Below are positions 16,701-30,607 of a stretch of 64,000 nt of DNA, piece after piece; position 1 is the first letter of the stretch, and each line of letters opens with the position of its first letter. Source of the stretch: Tubulanus polymorphus. Taxonomy: Eukaryota; Animalia; Nemertea. The stretch lies in contig NC_134028.1 of NCBI RefSeq assembly GCF_964204645.1, forward strand, positions 4,650,001 through 4,714,000, read 5' to 3'. Under the pieces are notes generated by a model that ran no database searches, had not been told where the DNA came from, and was given only the letters and a program-made list of their open reading frames with translations. Made by a program: the position numbers and the translations under genes.

Positions 16701-17834
16701 AATAATTCATCGTTATCTAAATATCGTTCATCGCAAAACTGACATATCGGGTGACCTTTATGAGATCGATCGTCAAGGTCACCAGTCCGTCTGTGGGTCG
16801 CTAGATTTTGACGCGTGTAACATTTACGCTCAGAGCTGAAAATCTGGAAAAAAAAACAAAGTGAAAATAATTTACTACGCTAAAACTGATGCTAAGTCGG
16901 AAGGGGATTATTGAGGATTGATTGTTTTACCTTCAAATGCTGAACACAAATATCACAGTAAAACAAAGTATGATCTTTCCTCATATGAGTTTTCAGATTC
17001 AAAAATGATTTTTCTGGTGCCGCATCTTTACACAACGAACATTTGTGTTCGAGTAAAATTTCAAACGCTTTTTCAATCTTCGCATCTTCGAAGTGAACTT
17101 TCAATTTCGGGTCAAAAATGTATCGTTTTGCTCGCACTTTCTCGAACAGTTTCATCTCACGTAAATACCAAACCTGCAATAACAAAAAACAGAAATAAAG
17201 TATCAAGACCAACAAAAAATCAATTGTCCATAGTCACGTGCAAGTTTTGTTTGTCAGTAACACGGCAGTTTAGACAGTGTATTTCCCCTATACAGCATTA
17301 TAAAACCTAGTGTGCCTTAAGCCTAAGTGTGTAGTCAGTAACCTGTCTGTGGTTTAGTCTCACGATCGGATGTAAGCATAAGCCCATCCGATTATAAAAG
17401 CTTACCATCAATGATTAGGTAAGGATGATGGTTAGGTTAAGGACAAATAAGTGGAGGCCATAGAATGTAAATCATAGGTTAAGGGAACTAAGGTAGTACC
17501 TTGGATATTGGATGATCTAAGCTACAGTTCACCCCCAAACTTCAAATACGAGCCCCTGTGAACTATATATGACTATATACTTTCGTTTCGGAATGCTCTG
17601 TCTGCAGACTAGAGTAGTCACTCCAAAAAATTGTTTGACATCCAAAAACGAAAAACTTACTTCAGGTAAATCAGCCCGACAGATGGGACAATACATCTGA
17701 TTACAGAGAGCTCTCATTCTCGTGGAACATTTCATACAAACTACATGATCGCACTGACCAACTGCGAATATCAAAATCGATTCCCGGCACACGGCACAAA
17801 TATCTTCAGCGTTTTCACTAATTTTACGCGACAT
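13735..17834 (-). CDS. ZNF598: ZNF598/Hel2 E3 ubiquitin ligase (ribosome-collision sensor), multi-exon
   Basis: N-terminal RING (CAVC..CDHVVCMKCSTRMRALC..YCPICR), C2H2 fingers, GDLDDRSHKGHPICQFC motif, GVISRDDYEEV, repeated E/DFPxL motifs, C-terminal LLPDIVKQQDL..CSTCQQIL. Confidence 0.93.
15693..16087. repeat. 31-bp minisatellite (~12.5 units) made of the ZNF598 splice-acceptor junction
   Basis: Unit catctctagatattacacctgaaacaataaa; on the minus strand tttattgtttcAG|GTGTAATATCTAGAGATG. Confidence 0.92.
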
Positions 17835-19280
17835 TCTCAACTGATTCGTTTTTCTGTTTATTACTAAATGATCGTGGATTTGTTCAACAACTAGATAAAT
17901 AGTTGGAATCTGTTGTAAATGAAGAGTTACGCAAGTTGGGGCAACTTTCATGCAGCAAAACCGAAACCAGGAAGTGATAGAGAGGGTTACGTCCAGTTCA
18001 AAGTATTGAGAGAACGACAAAATCTGATCCTGTTCGAATCCCGATAAACGTAGGAAAAATAAGGACAATTAACTTTATTCATAGCGTTTTTTGCGGGATT
18101 CCAGCGACCCGATTGTCGTGTCCGGCCGGTGGGATGTGGTAGTGCCGATGTCATGCTAAAAGCAACAAACTGTTGACCATTAATAAAAACTGTTGGCTAC
18201 TGAGCCTGTGAGAGAGAAGTAATCTTTTCGCGGTAGTGACCAGCTGGGATCGCGGCCGCGCGCGCGGCGCCCGGCCCCATTCGCACCGCGACGGGCTCGG
18301 GTGAAATGGCAGAAAAATATCGTTCATCGAAAAAATCCGATTGTTACAAAACCACCAAGACAGGTTACCCGATCGGAATATTAAAGCGGTTTCTGAGGGT
18401 AGGGAGATCGCCGCGGACGAGCGCGCACCAGATGTTCAACTCTCCGGCTCACTCGCTGAGCGGAACCTGCACTGAGACCTTATCTCTAGCCGGTACCAAC
18501 CGACCCGACACGTGTAGAATGACGTGTACTCAATTAATCACCACCGTTTTCATTGAGTGCCAACCCAGGGAAGTGTCCCTGGCCAAACAAAGAATAGACT
18601 ATTCAATCAATTACAAATTCCCCCAACCTGCTCTTTTCTTTCCGGGCATCTTTTTCCCGCGTGAGGCCTACTGATCGTAGACGTAGACTGACTCTAAAAT
18701 GATTTACAGTCCAATAGCTGAAGCATGATCGCTGCATCGAGAGATTTGAAATACGATTTTCAATGATTTTATTTAATTACCGGTCGGCGAATCATTTTAA
18801 TTGCGTATTTTAATGAGCTTGTAGATTTAATGTTTTCAATTAATTTCTTTCAACACTAAATTGTCTATATCGTTTTTGCCTCTGTTCTGGTTCTCGTTAT
18901 CTTGGAATCTTCCATTGACGAAACAGTTTCGGATGAAAACAAAATATAAATTCTGAACGGAAATAATAATCTAGTGATGAACTTAAGTTAATTGCGGAAA
19001 TGATCAGTGATTTACTGAAACAAATAGAATTCGAACCGCTAGGGGACCACTGCATGCACACGCTCCAAAACTATACCATTCCTGTGTCTGTCAGCCGTAT
19101 AGGAGACGAAACAGAAATAAGGGACTCTGGGATTGCGCCCCAAAAAATTCATGTCGTTCTTGACGCTGGCATATAGACCTCTATTGTCCACAGAACCTGT
19201 GGGGCGCGGGTAGCGAAGATCTCTGTGGAGACAACCACTGCCAAGACTGGGCGGAAATTCAATTCAATTTAAAAATAAAT

Positions 19281-19400
19281 TCCAATGAAGTAGAGAGAAT
19301 CCCAGAAAAAAACAGTCCGAAAATGTAACTGAGGCTAAAGTAGTTTTAGTTTCAATTGAACGTTTCGACTACATCTTAATATAAGTCATCTGGTCAGGAA
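19281..19400 (-). mobile_element. Degenerate PLE end with hammerhead-like motif
   Basis: Minus strand ctgaccagatgact...agtcGAAACGTTC followed by an AT-rich stretch ending gggattctctctacttcattgga, similar in layout to the other elements; core has a 2-nt insertion. Confidence 0.45.
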
Positions 19401-19576
19401 TAATGAATTACAACAGAAGTTATGAGATATCAGAGAAAAAGAGACTTAATTCAAGTAATCAGAAATGATACAAACTAAGGGAAAATTTGAAAAAAAGATC
19501 GATTTGAAAAGAGATCGACTGAGGAAATTCAGTCTGTTATCTTGCGAGCGAATTTAGCAGACGCGTCAAATTCTGA

Positions 19577-19642
19577 CCAATTAAACTACAACACGAAACA
19601 AAATGTCGGCTTTATAACGCGCATGCGTGCTATATGCCACGT
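19577..19642 (+). promoter_or_regulatory. ER-stress element (ERSE)-like site and XBP1/ATF6-like GCCACGT upstream of PDI
   Basis: CCAAT-N9-ACACG at 19577-19595 (consensus CCAAT-N9-CCACG, one mismatch) and GCCACGT at 19636-19642, 55-120 bp upstream of the PDI ATG. Confidence 0.5.
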
Positions 19643-19697
19643 AGAATCGAAACGAACTTCCTCTTTCTACTGAACTCTTGTTGAGGATAGCTGTAAG

Positions 19698-22600
19698 ATG
19701 AAACTGGTTGCTGTTTTATTCGCTGTAGTTTTCCTGGTATCCAGCTCTTGGGCTGATAATGATGTACCCGCTGAAGAAGATGGTGTTCTCGTGCTGGGCA
19801 AGAAAACTTTCGACAAGGTTTTGGAAGAACATAAAATGATTCTCGTCGAATTTTGTAAGTGGTAAAATTTTCCAGTGTCTGTCAGACACGAAAGTGATTA
19901 CTAACAGCTGGCTGTCCGAACTGCTGTCCATAAGTGTCAATGAGTGGCTTTAATGTGGCTAAAAGTTGAATATTATTTATATAAATATTGTTCGATATGC
20001 CGGTTGTTGTTAGCATTGTTTCCTGACAATAATACCGGGTATATTACCAATACGCTTGTTATGTAAGACAGCAATGCCCCCCAGACTAGCCCCACAACGT
20101 GTAGAATATCTTAAGTCCTCTGCCCATTTAGTGTCATATTTGACTTTTTTGTGACATTCAATTTCCCTTATTGTTAGAATTATTGTTTTCATTTTCATCG
20201 AAATGTCCAATGTTCTTCGTCTAGCTAAATATTATCCTTATTTATAGATGCTCCGTGGTGCGGTCACTGTAAAGCCTTAGCGCCTGAATACGCTAAAGCC
20301 GCTAAACAATTAGCCGAAGAAAACTCTGAAATCAAACTCGGTAAAGTTGACGCTACTATCGAAAGTGAACTGGCTGAGAAATTTGAAGTTCGAGGATATC
20401 CAACGATCAAATTCTTCCGTAACGGAAAACCTATGGAATACCAAGGTACGGTTAATTAACTAGGGTTACTTCATTCTGATACGTGGTTGAATCTGTTCAA
20501 TATAAGAATATAATTGAATGTGTGATGAATTGCAGGTGGACGAGAAGCTAGTGATATCGTAGCCTGGTTGAAAAAGAAGACTGGACCTCCAGCCACTACT
20601 GTCATTACTGCTGATGAACTGAAGGCTCTCGAAGATAAAAATGAAGTTTTTGTTGTGGGTTATTTCAAGGTACGGTCGCTTTCGTGAATCCTGGAATTGA
20701 AAACTAGGGTCAAACTATCATTAAGTCGTCATCTGATTAGTCGATTACTTTTTGAATGTCAATTTTTATTTCCAATTCAATCCACTAATTTAAGTCGTTG
20801 GCATGATTGTCATGACGACTCAGGCAGCAAGTTTCACAGTGCCAGTTACAGTTAAAACTTTACTCTAAACTTACTGAACTGAATTTTGTAGGAAGATTCA
20901 GATGACAAGAAAGCATTCTTAGAAGCCGCTGCTGAGACTGATGATATCATATTTGCCATCACCGACAAACCAGAGGTCGCCAAAGAGGCAAAACTCGAGA
21001 AAGAAGGAATCGTCCTCCTGAAGAAATTCGACGAAAACCGAAACGACTATGACGGAAAATACGAGGCGAGCGAAATCAAGAAATTCGTGTCAGCAAATTC
21101 AATGCCCCTCGTCGTGAAATTCACTCAGGAATCGGCGAGCAAGATCTTCGGAGGTGACATCCAAAAACACATTATTCTGTTTGTCAGCGATAAAGATGAA
21201 AAGAAAGACGCAGCTCTCGATGCTTTCAAAGAATCCGCTAAAGATTACAGAGGAAAGGTAAGAAACTTGCTATGTGTGATACCTGCGATACTAGTATCGT
21301 TCTCCAGAGCTTAGGCGACGACTCATGTCATTTGGATATCCACCCCTGATGATCTCTCAATGCTAACAGTGATAGTTGCTTTATGATGTAATTAGTTAAT
21401 GAGATAGGCTTAAATTGCACTAAAATCAGGCTATGATTTTGGGGGACACCCTGACCAGCTTAAATTAAACTATCACACCAACGAATGAATGCAGCCCCTT
21501 AAAAATCTCACCATATGGAACAGTGCTTAAACCACTGGAATTGTAAACAACCTCTGCCTCTGTTATGGGGCAATTTGGGGGATAAAAAAAATTTCATTGC
21601 GTTAAAGTTAAAATTCGGATATTTTTCGTGCGCGTTGTTGATTATTTCGTTGAATTCTTTTTGTAGGTTCTCCACATCCACATCAACTCAGATGATGAAG
21701 ATAATCAGAGAATTATGGAATTCTTCGGATTGAAAGAAACTGAATTACCAGCCGTTCGTTTAATCCACCTCGGAGATGATATGACGAAATTCAAACCGGA
21801 AACCAATGAACTAGATGCCGCTTCCATCAAAAAGTTTGTCGGTGACGTTGAATCTGGCAAATTGAAGGTATTTATCGAATTGTGCAAACATCAAACTCTT
21901 AATTCCATTTTCTCATGAAATCTCTTTCAATCATTGAAATATCAATTAACAGACTCTGCTCCATAGGAAAGCAAGTAGTTTCGATTTGATTTGATATTTG
22001 AAATATTTATCATCCATTTGATTATTTCAGGCTCATCTGATGAGTGAAGATGTACCCGAAGACTGGGATAGCAAACCAGTGAAAGTTCTCGTCGGAAAGA
22101 ACTTCCATGAAGTAGCAATGGACAAAGAAAAGGATGTCTTCGTTGAATTCTGTAAGCAATCATTCAATGTTTTTGTTTTCGAGTTCGCTGTTTTAAGATG
22201 GATAATTATGATGTTTGTTCCTGCATTTTCAGATGCTCCGTGGTGCGGACATTGTAAACAGTTGGCTCCAATCTGGGACCAACTCGCCGAAAAATACAGC
22301 GACCGCAAAGACTTGGTGATCGCGAAGATGGATTCGACAGCCAACGAACTCGAAGAAATTAAAGTTCAAAGTTTCCCGACTTTGAAATGGTTCCCGAAAG
22401 GTAGCGATAAAGTTGTCGATTACAACGGTGGCCGAACTTTGGACGATTTGGTGAAATTCGTTGAAAGTGGAGGCAAAGATGGCGCTGGAAAACCAGACGC
22501 AGAGGTATGTTGATATTCCTGTTGGTTTTACCTGGTGGCTCGGGGTGTTTGATCCAGGAGTCACTCTTCTCCACGTTCAGGCAGATTATCTGTGATCTAG

Positions 22601-23113
22601 ATATATGATTAATCTCATATTCACTTGATGATTAAAACGAATTTCAAAACTGATCGATGTGATAAATATATATCTGAATAATGTAGTCTGATTAGCGGCT
22701 TTGGATGAATTAAACATGAGGATCTGGCAGTTTAACATGTGTGAGTGTAACACATGTGAATTATAATACCACTTGACAACGTGTTTGATGATGACGCGGT
22801 GACATACGATTCACTTTCTGACTTATCAGTTTATACAGAAGTAGTGCAAATACTTCTCCCTATCAATTGCAATACATGATGAGACAGGTGTATTATAAAA
22901 TAGTGTGCTGTGTTTGCAGCTGGCACTCAGTGATGCATGATATCGTATTACAGTGGAACTTACCAGTATTACAGTCCACTAACCTTTGAAAGTGCTCTGA
23001 TCTAACTCTCCTAGTCTGTATTGATATCTAATGAGATGTTTCTTAATTGTTTTTTGCAGAAAGATGAGGAGGAAGAAGAAGATAAAGATGATAAGAAGAA
23101 GGATGAGTTATAA
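19698..23113 (+). CDS. P4HB: Protein disulfide isomerase (P4HB/PDIA1), multi-exon
   Basis: Signal peptide [19 protein letters not shown]; two APWCGHCK thioredoxin sites (~20230, ~22235); a-b-b'-a' layout; acidic tail ending KKKDEL*. Confidence 0.97.
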
Positions 23114-24539
23114 ACAAAATTACAACTAAAAAATAGATTTAAAAATAGAACGCATTTCATCAGATTTACTCAATCACACATTAAAGCACATTCCTCCCTC
23201 TTCTGTGAGACCTACCCCTACCCCTCCCCTCCCCGTGAATACTAAATTATAACATCGATGTTGTTTGTTTATTGTAAACAGTTGTTAAATTTCGCCGAGT
23301 CGAAGTTCACCCGTCAAGTGTTTGTCTTCCATTTATAGAATATGATTACAAACCGTACTCCCCTCCGTGAAATCTCCTCTGTGCTCTCTTTTTCGTTTTA
23401 AAGTTTGTGCGAAAATTCTGTGCTGCTTCTCACGATTAACAACTCACACTTACAGCAAAATTATCTGCGCTAAAAGAAATCATATTTATTTTTAGCTTCC
23501 AAAGTTTACGAATTTAAGTTATTCAAAATGTCGTGAAAAGTGTCGACCTGCTGAGAGTAGAAAAATCCAATCTATTTATTAAAAAGAATCGAATTCTTTG
23601 TTTTATAATTGATTGATTTATGTAGGGAGCAGAACGTGAACTACACCCCTGCCTGGTTAGTGTCAATCTTTGATTTCCGCATCATCTCACGCTTATATCT
23701 ATCACATGTATGAATTATAGTTTTGTATTTTGTATATAATGCGCATCGGATGATGATTAGTTTTTACCAGTTTTTGGTAAACGAAGAGATCTTAGTTCCT
23801 AATTTCAAATACTCGTGGTCTCGTCGGACTAGAAAATCAGAACATTCACAGAGTATCCAGGGATTGTCTGATATTTCATCTACTCCGACGAGACTTCGAT
23901 GTATTTCAAGTATATTTTGTTGTGTTAAGAATCGAATGGTAATTATTAAAATTTTTAGCGTACGAAAAGGTGAAATTTTGAACTGATATTTTGCAGTGGT
24001 GCTAGCGTTATATTTAAGCGAATGCGAGAGTTTGATGAAAAAATAACGAATTGAAACATTGCAACCAAATAAATCATCTTTAATGTATCCTCAATCCTTC
24101 TATAAACTGCGGGTATTTCTGAAAATCAGATAACCGACAGTTTGTAAACTTTCCTCTCATCCTAACCCTGGATGTGTGGGAAGTAATTATGATTAAAATT
24201 AAAAACTAAAAAAGAGTTCAGAGAAATGTTTTCCGTTTTTTCCCCATCTGTGGAAAAACCGTGAAATGAAGTCTTGAAGAGGTCCAAAATTATGTATCAA
24301 TGTGAAAACTTGAAACAATTTCATAATAAAATCTGAGAAAAGACTCTTATTTATTTTTAAGGTAAATCTCATCTTGTGGTTATTTTTGGTTCTTCGCTTT
24401 TTGGTGTTAAGGAAGGTTTAAATTAGAACCAGTTTCTTTTATGATGTCGGACGGTCGCAATGGGCCACCTGAGCTTCTTATGCGGGATTCGAGCCTGTCG
24501 CCACTTGGCTTTTAGTTGTTTACCATCCTCCAGGAGATG

Positions 24540-24610
24540 ATCAAGCCCTGGCAAGCGAGTATGACTGGCTGATACCATCGGGTTCGAGTCCTAAATTTTG
24601 GATTTTTCCT
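24540..24610 (+). repeat. tRNA-related repeat fragment (probable SINE remnant); related copy at ~60930-61000
   Basis: B-box-like GGTTCGAGTCC preceded by ggcaagcgag in both places; no complete cloverleaf. Confidence 0.35.
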
Positions 24611-26522
24611 CACTGACGACGGCAAGGCATTAAAGATACCAATATGTGAGATCTCGAAATTATACCTTTTTGATGAAAGCAAAATGTCACCATTGAAGGC
24701 ATTAATTTTACTAATTTATTTACTGACGCGACGCCATGACAATTATCAGTGGTCGACTTTTCATCGGATCTGGTCATCTCTCTGTGATAATCTCTTCTAC
24801 AGAATGTTGCTCTCATAATGTTTTATAGGTATCATAACTGCATCAACAGTTATGATACCTGTTGACATTTATCCATTTTTTAATAATCACCGCCGCTAAA
24901 GAATTTAGGACGGGTCCATTATTCGCGCGGCGGCACATAGAAAATGATATCGAAATGTGAAGCGACAGACATTTAATTATATATGATATGTTAGATTCTT
25001 AGAAAATACACAGCTGCTGTGTGATGACAATTGAAAACTAAGACGACTAGAGTATGTGAAAATGACAAGCAATTTGTCATCATCAGTGGGACCACAGTCC
25101 TCGGTGAGATCCGGGCGGTTAGCTCATCCACCACGGTCGAAACAGATTTGCTTGAAATTAATTAAAACACGAATTATACACGTCTACACATGTAACACGT
25201 GGTCACATTTTAATGAGCTTCAACCATATGGAATGAATGAAACACGTAAAACGGGAAGCTATCTGTTGCAGCACCTGTGACTGGTTGATTCGCTCTCAGT
25301 GCAACACCTGGTTCATTCGCTTTGATAATGCCACGGAATATTCTAATCAATCGAGCGAGGACTGGCTTTGACAATTATACAGTAGACACGCATTCTCGAA
25401 ACCGAGTCAGGCAATAAGTATGTAAATCTCCGGAGATAAATGAACGGCTAGGGCAGTTTATCTTATTTCTGATAAATCAAGGATTATGTACGTAAATCCG
25501 TGGCATATGCGATGGTTCGCATAAATGTGTTATGAAAAGCTGACGTTCGATTACATCATAAATTAATCGGAATAGGCATGGTTTCTCGCACTCAGCTCTC
25601 CGCCCGCCACTCGAATTTGAGGGGCACTATCTGCGTTACCGTCAGCTTCCACCGAATAAAATACCGGCGTAACCTTTCATTTGATATCCGTGGAAAGTCG
25701 CAGCGATACTTAACTCAAAAATTACACTCGGCCATGTTGTCAGACGATCTCAATGGGTTGACCAGTCTTAGGGGGATGATAGAGCCTGTGGTGTATGAAT
25801 TCACGTTTTCACGACAGAATATTGTAGAAATTAGTCACAGTTTCACGCACGAAATCATTGAGAAAATCACATATCACGCTACGAAGATCCGCAACCGATC
25901 GGCCATCGAGTCGAATTGCGATTCACGAAAAATGGCACTCATCACGGATTCACGGAGTCGTAGTTTCTCAGCCGCAGTAGTTGCTGCGATCCTATCAGCT
26001 CTGTTCTAACCTATTCAGACTCTACGCTGGAGCCGTGGGACAGATCACGCACTCTGACCCGGCGGTCCTGTCCGAGGCGAGCAGATCTCCACGAATGTGT
26101 CTGCCCTCCCAAGAAGTAGGCCTCTTCCAGATATTGTCGCTTACGCGTTAACCCCATTACCCTAGATTCAAACCCGGGCCCAAACAGTTATAGTTTGTGG
26201 TCATTCGAAGACTGGCACTGTGGTGCCATGGGCGTATCAAGTTCAGTTCACGTATTTACCACCAACGTAACATTTAGGGGCAGCACTTTGACTTGGCATT
26301 GATCGAGTTTCTCATTGTAAGCTTAATAAATACATTTTCTGAAGTGGAATTCCATACGCCTATTCGACACAATTTTGATTAACGTATAATTCTATCAATG
26401 CTGGATTGCTTTTTCAAGAGGAATTTGCTTTTGTGACTTCTCGGTAACTGAGTGAGGATTGGACGTAGAGACCGGCAATCAGTCTACCCTGCTCTGCGGC
26501 GTTTCGTCGATGGATTCTGGAT

Positions 26523-26555
26523 TTTGAAACTGCGGGGCGGCGCGGTATTTTCAAA
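26523..26555. promoter_or_regulatory. CHR/CDE-like cell-cycle promoter elements of NUF2
   Basis: TTTGAA (26523-26528) and TTCAAA (26550-26555) flank GCGGGGCGGCGCGG, 55-90 bp upstream of the NUF2 ATG; typical of DREAM/MuvB-regulated G2/M genes. Confidence 0.45.
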
Positions 26556-26610
26556 TGCCACTTCACATTTTTATACTGAAATAAACTCTGATAAGCTGCC
26601 AGTAGTAACT

Positions 26611-29600
26611 ATGGCGAATCAACAGTTCGTTTCGCCTATTATGAAAATAGAGGATGTGGTCATAATGATCAATGATATGAACGCGGAAAATAAAATCATG
26701 AAGATCTCAAGCAGTGATATTACTCAACCAAAGGTTTGTTTACGTCTGCGGATCACTCTCATACCTACGTAACCTGGCTATATCAGTTTTTAAAAAGTAA
26801 CGTTTGGTAAGTCAGATGAGTGACTATCCATCCAGATTGAGATTGTCCATTGATCTACCATTCCATCCATCTCCATGATCCACACACAGACTTCACTGAG
26901 AACCTAGTGCCAGTGGTATGTCGCTATCGCGCCGAGTACTGAGTCGAGTGAGTGGTTCAAGTGCCAACTGCTGAGCGCCGGTCGGCAATTTCGACGTTAA
27001 ATAACGACTACGTGACTGGGTGGGTGGTTCACGTGAGCTCTTTAGTACACGCAGTATACGGAGTGCCACAAAACCGGTCACTCTTTCTCTCAGGACTGGG
27101 TGAAACACAGACATGCCAGCAGTTTGAAACATGTTAGTTAATAATAATAATAATATATAATAATAATTAGTGCTTATATAGCGCCTTTCCAAAGAATGCT
27201 CAAAGCGCTGTCACTCAATTATTACCCAGCTTCTGTTACCAATCCAATACATTCTTACTCTCCCTGGGGAGATGCAACACCGATACGCTGCAGAGCGATC
27301 AAGGCGTCGTCAGCCTGTAGCAATTGTGAATTAATGCCTTGCCTAAGGACACTACAGCACAGCCGATTGGGGGCGAGCACTCTACCACTAAGCCACACTG
27401 CTCCAGTTAATAATTACGCCTATTCTTTCAGGAAAACACTGTTCAACAAATTTATGGATTGATATGGGAAGAATTGGTAGGAATAAATGTTGATGATCTA
27501 TCACAGGTAAAAGTTCCAGAGTCAGAGTGTTGATGGTAACAATCGGATGGGCTTTATACCTGAAAATATGCGATCATGAAACTAAATATGAAACTTATCA
27601 TGAAACTACCCATAACCCTAGATGGTACCACCGTAACCTAGATTACAGTCACCACACAAAGTGCTCAAAAGTCAATGATATAATTGTCACTTGAAAATCC
27701 AATTAAGAAGAGAATGAATGATATGTGTTTGTAATGTTTGTTTTGATTTATTCGTTCAGCCGTCAATGCAGGCGATGTATCAAATAGAACATCCTGAAAT
27801 TCATGAAGTTTCTTTAAAACTGAAACATTTGAGTCTTTGTTTGTAAGTAGATTTGTTTTTTCTACAACCTGACCGTAAACTTTAAATATATTCATGATTT
27901 ATGACAAAAAAAATTATTGACTCTTGAGTTCTAATCTTTGATTATTTACAGGAGTGGAATATTTAGTGATATAGGTGTGGATGGATTCTCTGTAATGGAT
28001 CTCATTAACCCAAGTAAGTTTCACTGCTATATACAGGCTCCTCAACTGTGGCACTGGGTTCAGTTACTGTGGAACTGGATCCTGCTGTGGAACCGGGTTC
28101 AGTTACTTTGGAACTGGGTTCAATAACTAGCTGTGGTAATGAGTTCAGTTACTGTGGAATTGGGTTCATTTACTGTGTAACTTGTGGTTTTTGTCTCTTT
28201 GTGCTTAATACTTCATTAAATATAATTTCAGAGCCGAAGAAAACTCTGCGTTTATTAAGCGCCCTCTTAAACTTTCATATCTTCACACAAGCAAGATTTA
28301 CCTTAGTCGAAACGTTGCAAGAGGAAAGAGTAAGTTGTGAAGAACATGCTCTTCTTCAAATCGTGTCAAGTATTGAAATCTTTGAGAAAATAGATTCATG
28401 AATTTTCCTCATTCATTTCCAGAAACATATTCAAGAATCTGAGAAACATTTGATAAATGAAAATGAAGAACTGTCGCGTAGAATTAATACGATTAAATGT
28501 CGAAAACTTGAACATGAACCGGAATGTAAACAGGTAAAAAAAACTCACAACTGATCAATAAACATATTTCCTATATTCCAACGTTTCTTGTTTCCAGCAA
28601 GAAGTTTTTAAGGGACAACAACCCGTCATTTCTACATCCACCCTAAGAAAATCAGCCATTCCTGTTCAAATATCTGCTACCTGTTCATGAGTTCATGCCA
28701 ATGTTTCGATAATTTTTTGAGGGAAGCAGATTACACCAAGAGACCAAAAGCTAAGCATTTGACATCCATTCACAATTTCCATCGAATAATAAATGCGGCC
28801 CCCTCCTAGATTCCAAGTGGAGAACACTGATTGTCCTTGCGTATCAATGAATCATTGATTGTTTTAGCTGGAACAAGAAGTCGCTGAACTCTCATCAAAA
28901 ATAACCGAACAACAGAAATTAAACGCTGCTGCTGAACAAAAACTATATGAAAAAGATAAAGAAATCAGTTCTCATCTCGCGCAAGTGGTAAATATTTCAT
29001 CATCCACAAACCCTCGACCGATCAAGAAGTCGATCAGGATCCAGTTCCAATGTTCTCGGTTAGAATTTGAGCCAGTTGTCTCAGATTATAGCATGTCCCC
29101 ATATGGACTAATTATTCAAAATTTTACCATGCCTACGCCTACTCCGATTCATGTGATGACTGCCCTGAAGAAAATGTTTGGTTAAATCATGATCAAGCTT
29201 AACCATATCAAACCCTAACCCTCCAGCTAAGAAATGAACTGATTACTAATTTTACTGCAGTTTACAAAATGACCCAGCCGATTAGGAGAAACACGGTATC
29301 ATTTCATCTTAGCCTTATTTTCGATGAGATTTTCTGTCCGTGTTTTTATTAGGATCACGCTTCGAATAGTTTGAAGCGTATTCGTGAGATGTGTGATAAA
29401 CTATCGGGTATGATCGTAGCTTCACCGGATCGGGTTAAAACTGAGGAGGAGCACATGAAAAACCAACTGAAAGAAATGAAAGAACGAAGAACGGTGCTGA
29501 TTGAACAGGTCGAACAGGCTGTTAGTACGACGAAGAATAAACAACAGTGGATCAGCGATTACGAACGTATTCTCGTGCTTTTAGAAAACCTGAAAGAACG

Positions 29601-30607
29601 TTATGAGGAAGAAAGGTTTGTACTGTATCTCCGTTTGAATATTCTCGAGGGCTTTGAATTTGAGATTTTGCATTTAATTAAATTATTTTCTTAAATTGTC
29701 CTCAAATTCTTAGAAGGACCCCGAATACGGAGTCAAGTTAGACATATATTTTCATGGTCCGAACAAAGGGTAAATCTCTAAGTGATGTAATCCGTGATTT
29801 CTAAAATCTTCTACGGCTGGATCCGGGCGGTTCCACACGTTATGAGTTTGTTAACTCTTGAGTTCAGTTACCCAGTTTTCATGTAGTCTAGTAGATTTAT
29901 GACTTGACCTTGAGAATTTTTTTTCTTCAGAATCTACTGGACTAATAGTGGTTGTTGGTTTGTTATTACAGGTCAATTAAAGGTCAACTTGAAAGTTGCA
30001 TCGATCAGAAAGAAATGTTGAAATACCAACACAGAAGCGGCATCGGAACAGAAAACCAACTGAAACAAACGCTGGACACGCTTAATGATAAAATTAATAA
30101 AATTCATCTTCAATATACGCGTAAAATCGAGAGTGCGCAAGAGAAGAAATCAAGTGTAATCAAGTAAGCAAAAAATACCGCTTTTCATTTCATTAACGCG
30201 GATTAAATGTAAATTGGGCTTTAACAAAATCTCTCTGCTATGTGAAAATTATTGTTATATTATTAGGAGTTTGGAAGAACTGCAGGATGAAAAAGATCAA
30301 GATTTGTTAGTGGTCAGTGAAACTAAAAAGAATATGATCAAACTACAAGATGAAATAGACAGCAAATTGGCCAGTTATCAACACGATATACAACTAATGC
30401 AATCAAAGTATGACGGTCTTTTAGCTCAGGTTTGTAAACATTGGACACATCTAAATATCATAACAGTTTCAGCAGCAGATATTGACGTCTAATTGTCCCC
30501 TTTTTATGCCAATATTAGTCGATTATGGTACATGTATTAAAATGGTTATTGTTTGTTTTCAGACTGACAATTATCATACTAAATTGGTGACAACGTGGAG
30601 AAAATGA
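26611..30607 (+). CDS. NUF2: Kinetochore protein NUF2 (Ndc80 complex), multi-exon
   Basis: N-terminal CH-like region with SDITQPK and FSVMDLINPKPKKTLRLLSALLNF; IVASPDRVK motif; long coiled coil; exons join in frame at GT-AG. Confidence 0.85.
27141..27404 (-). mobile_element. tRNA-derived SINE with L2-type tail in NUF2 intron 1
   Basis: Minus strand: ggagcagtgtggcttagtggtagagtgctcgcc (A-box head), gtgtccttaggcaaggca, tail agcgctttgagcattctttggaaaggcgctatataagc then (ATT)n; AGTTAATAAT repeated on both flanks. Confidence 0.75.
28045..28180. repeat. ~21-bp degenerate tandem repeat in a NUF2 intron
   Basis: Unit ctgtggaactgggttcagtta, about 6 copies. Confidence 0.75.

Noticed and set aside
24570-24600. 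GGTTCGAGTCC as a tRNA gene
   Set aside because: No acceptor or anticodon stems can be built; treated as a SINE remnant
25578-26009. 143-aa ORF
   Set aside because: No recognisable motif or splice context; overlaps repeat-like TCACG DNA
26005-26025. aacctattcagact resembles the RNase P RNA 3' conserved region
   Set aside because: No matching upstream GGAAGGTCTGA to form the P4 helix was found
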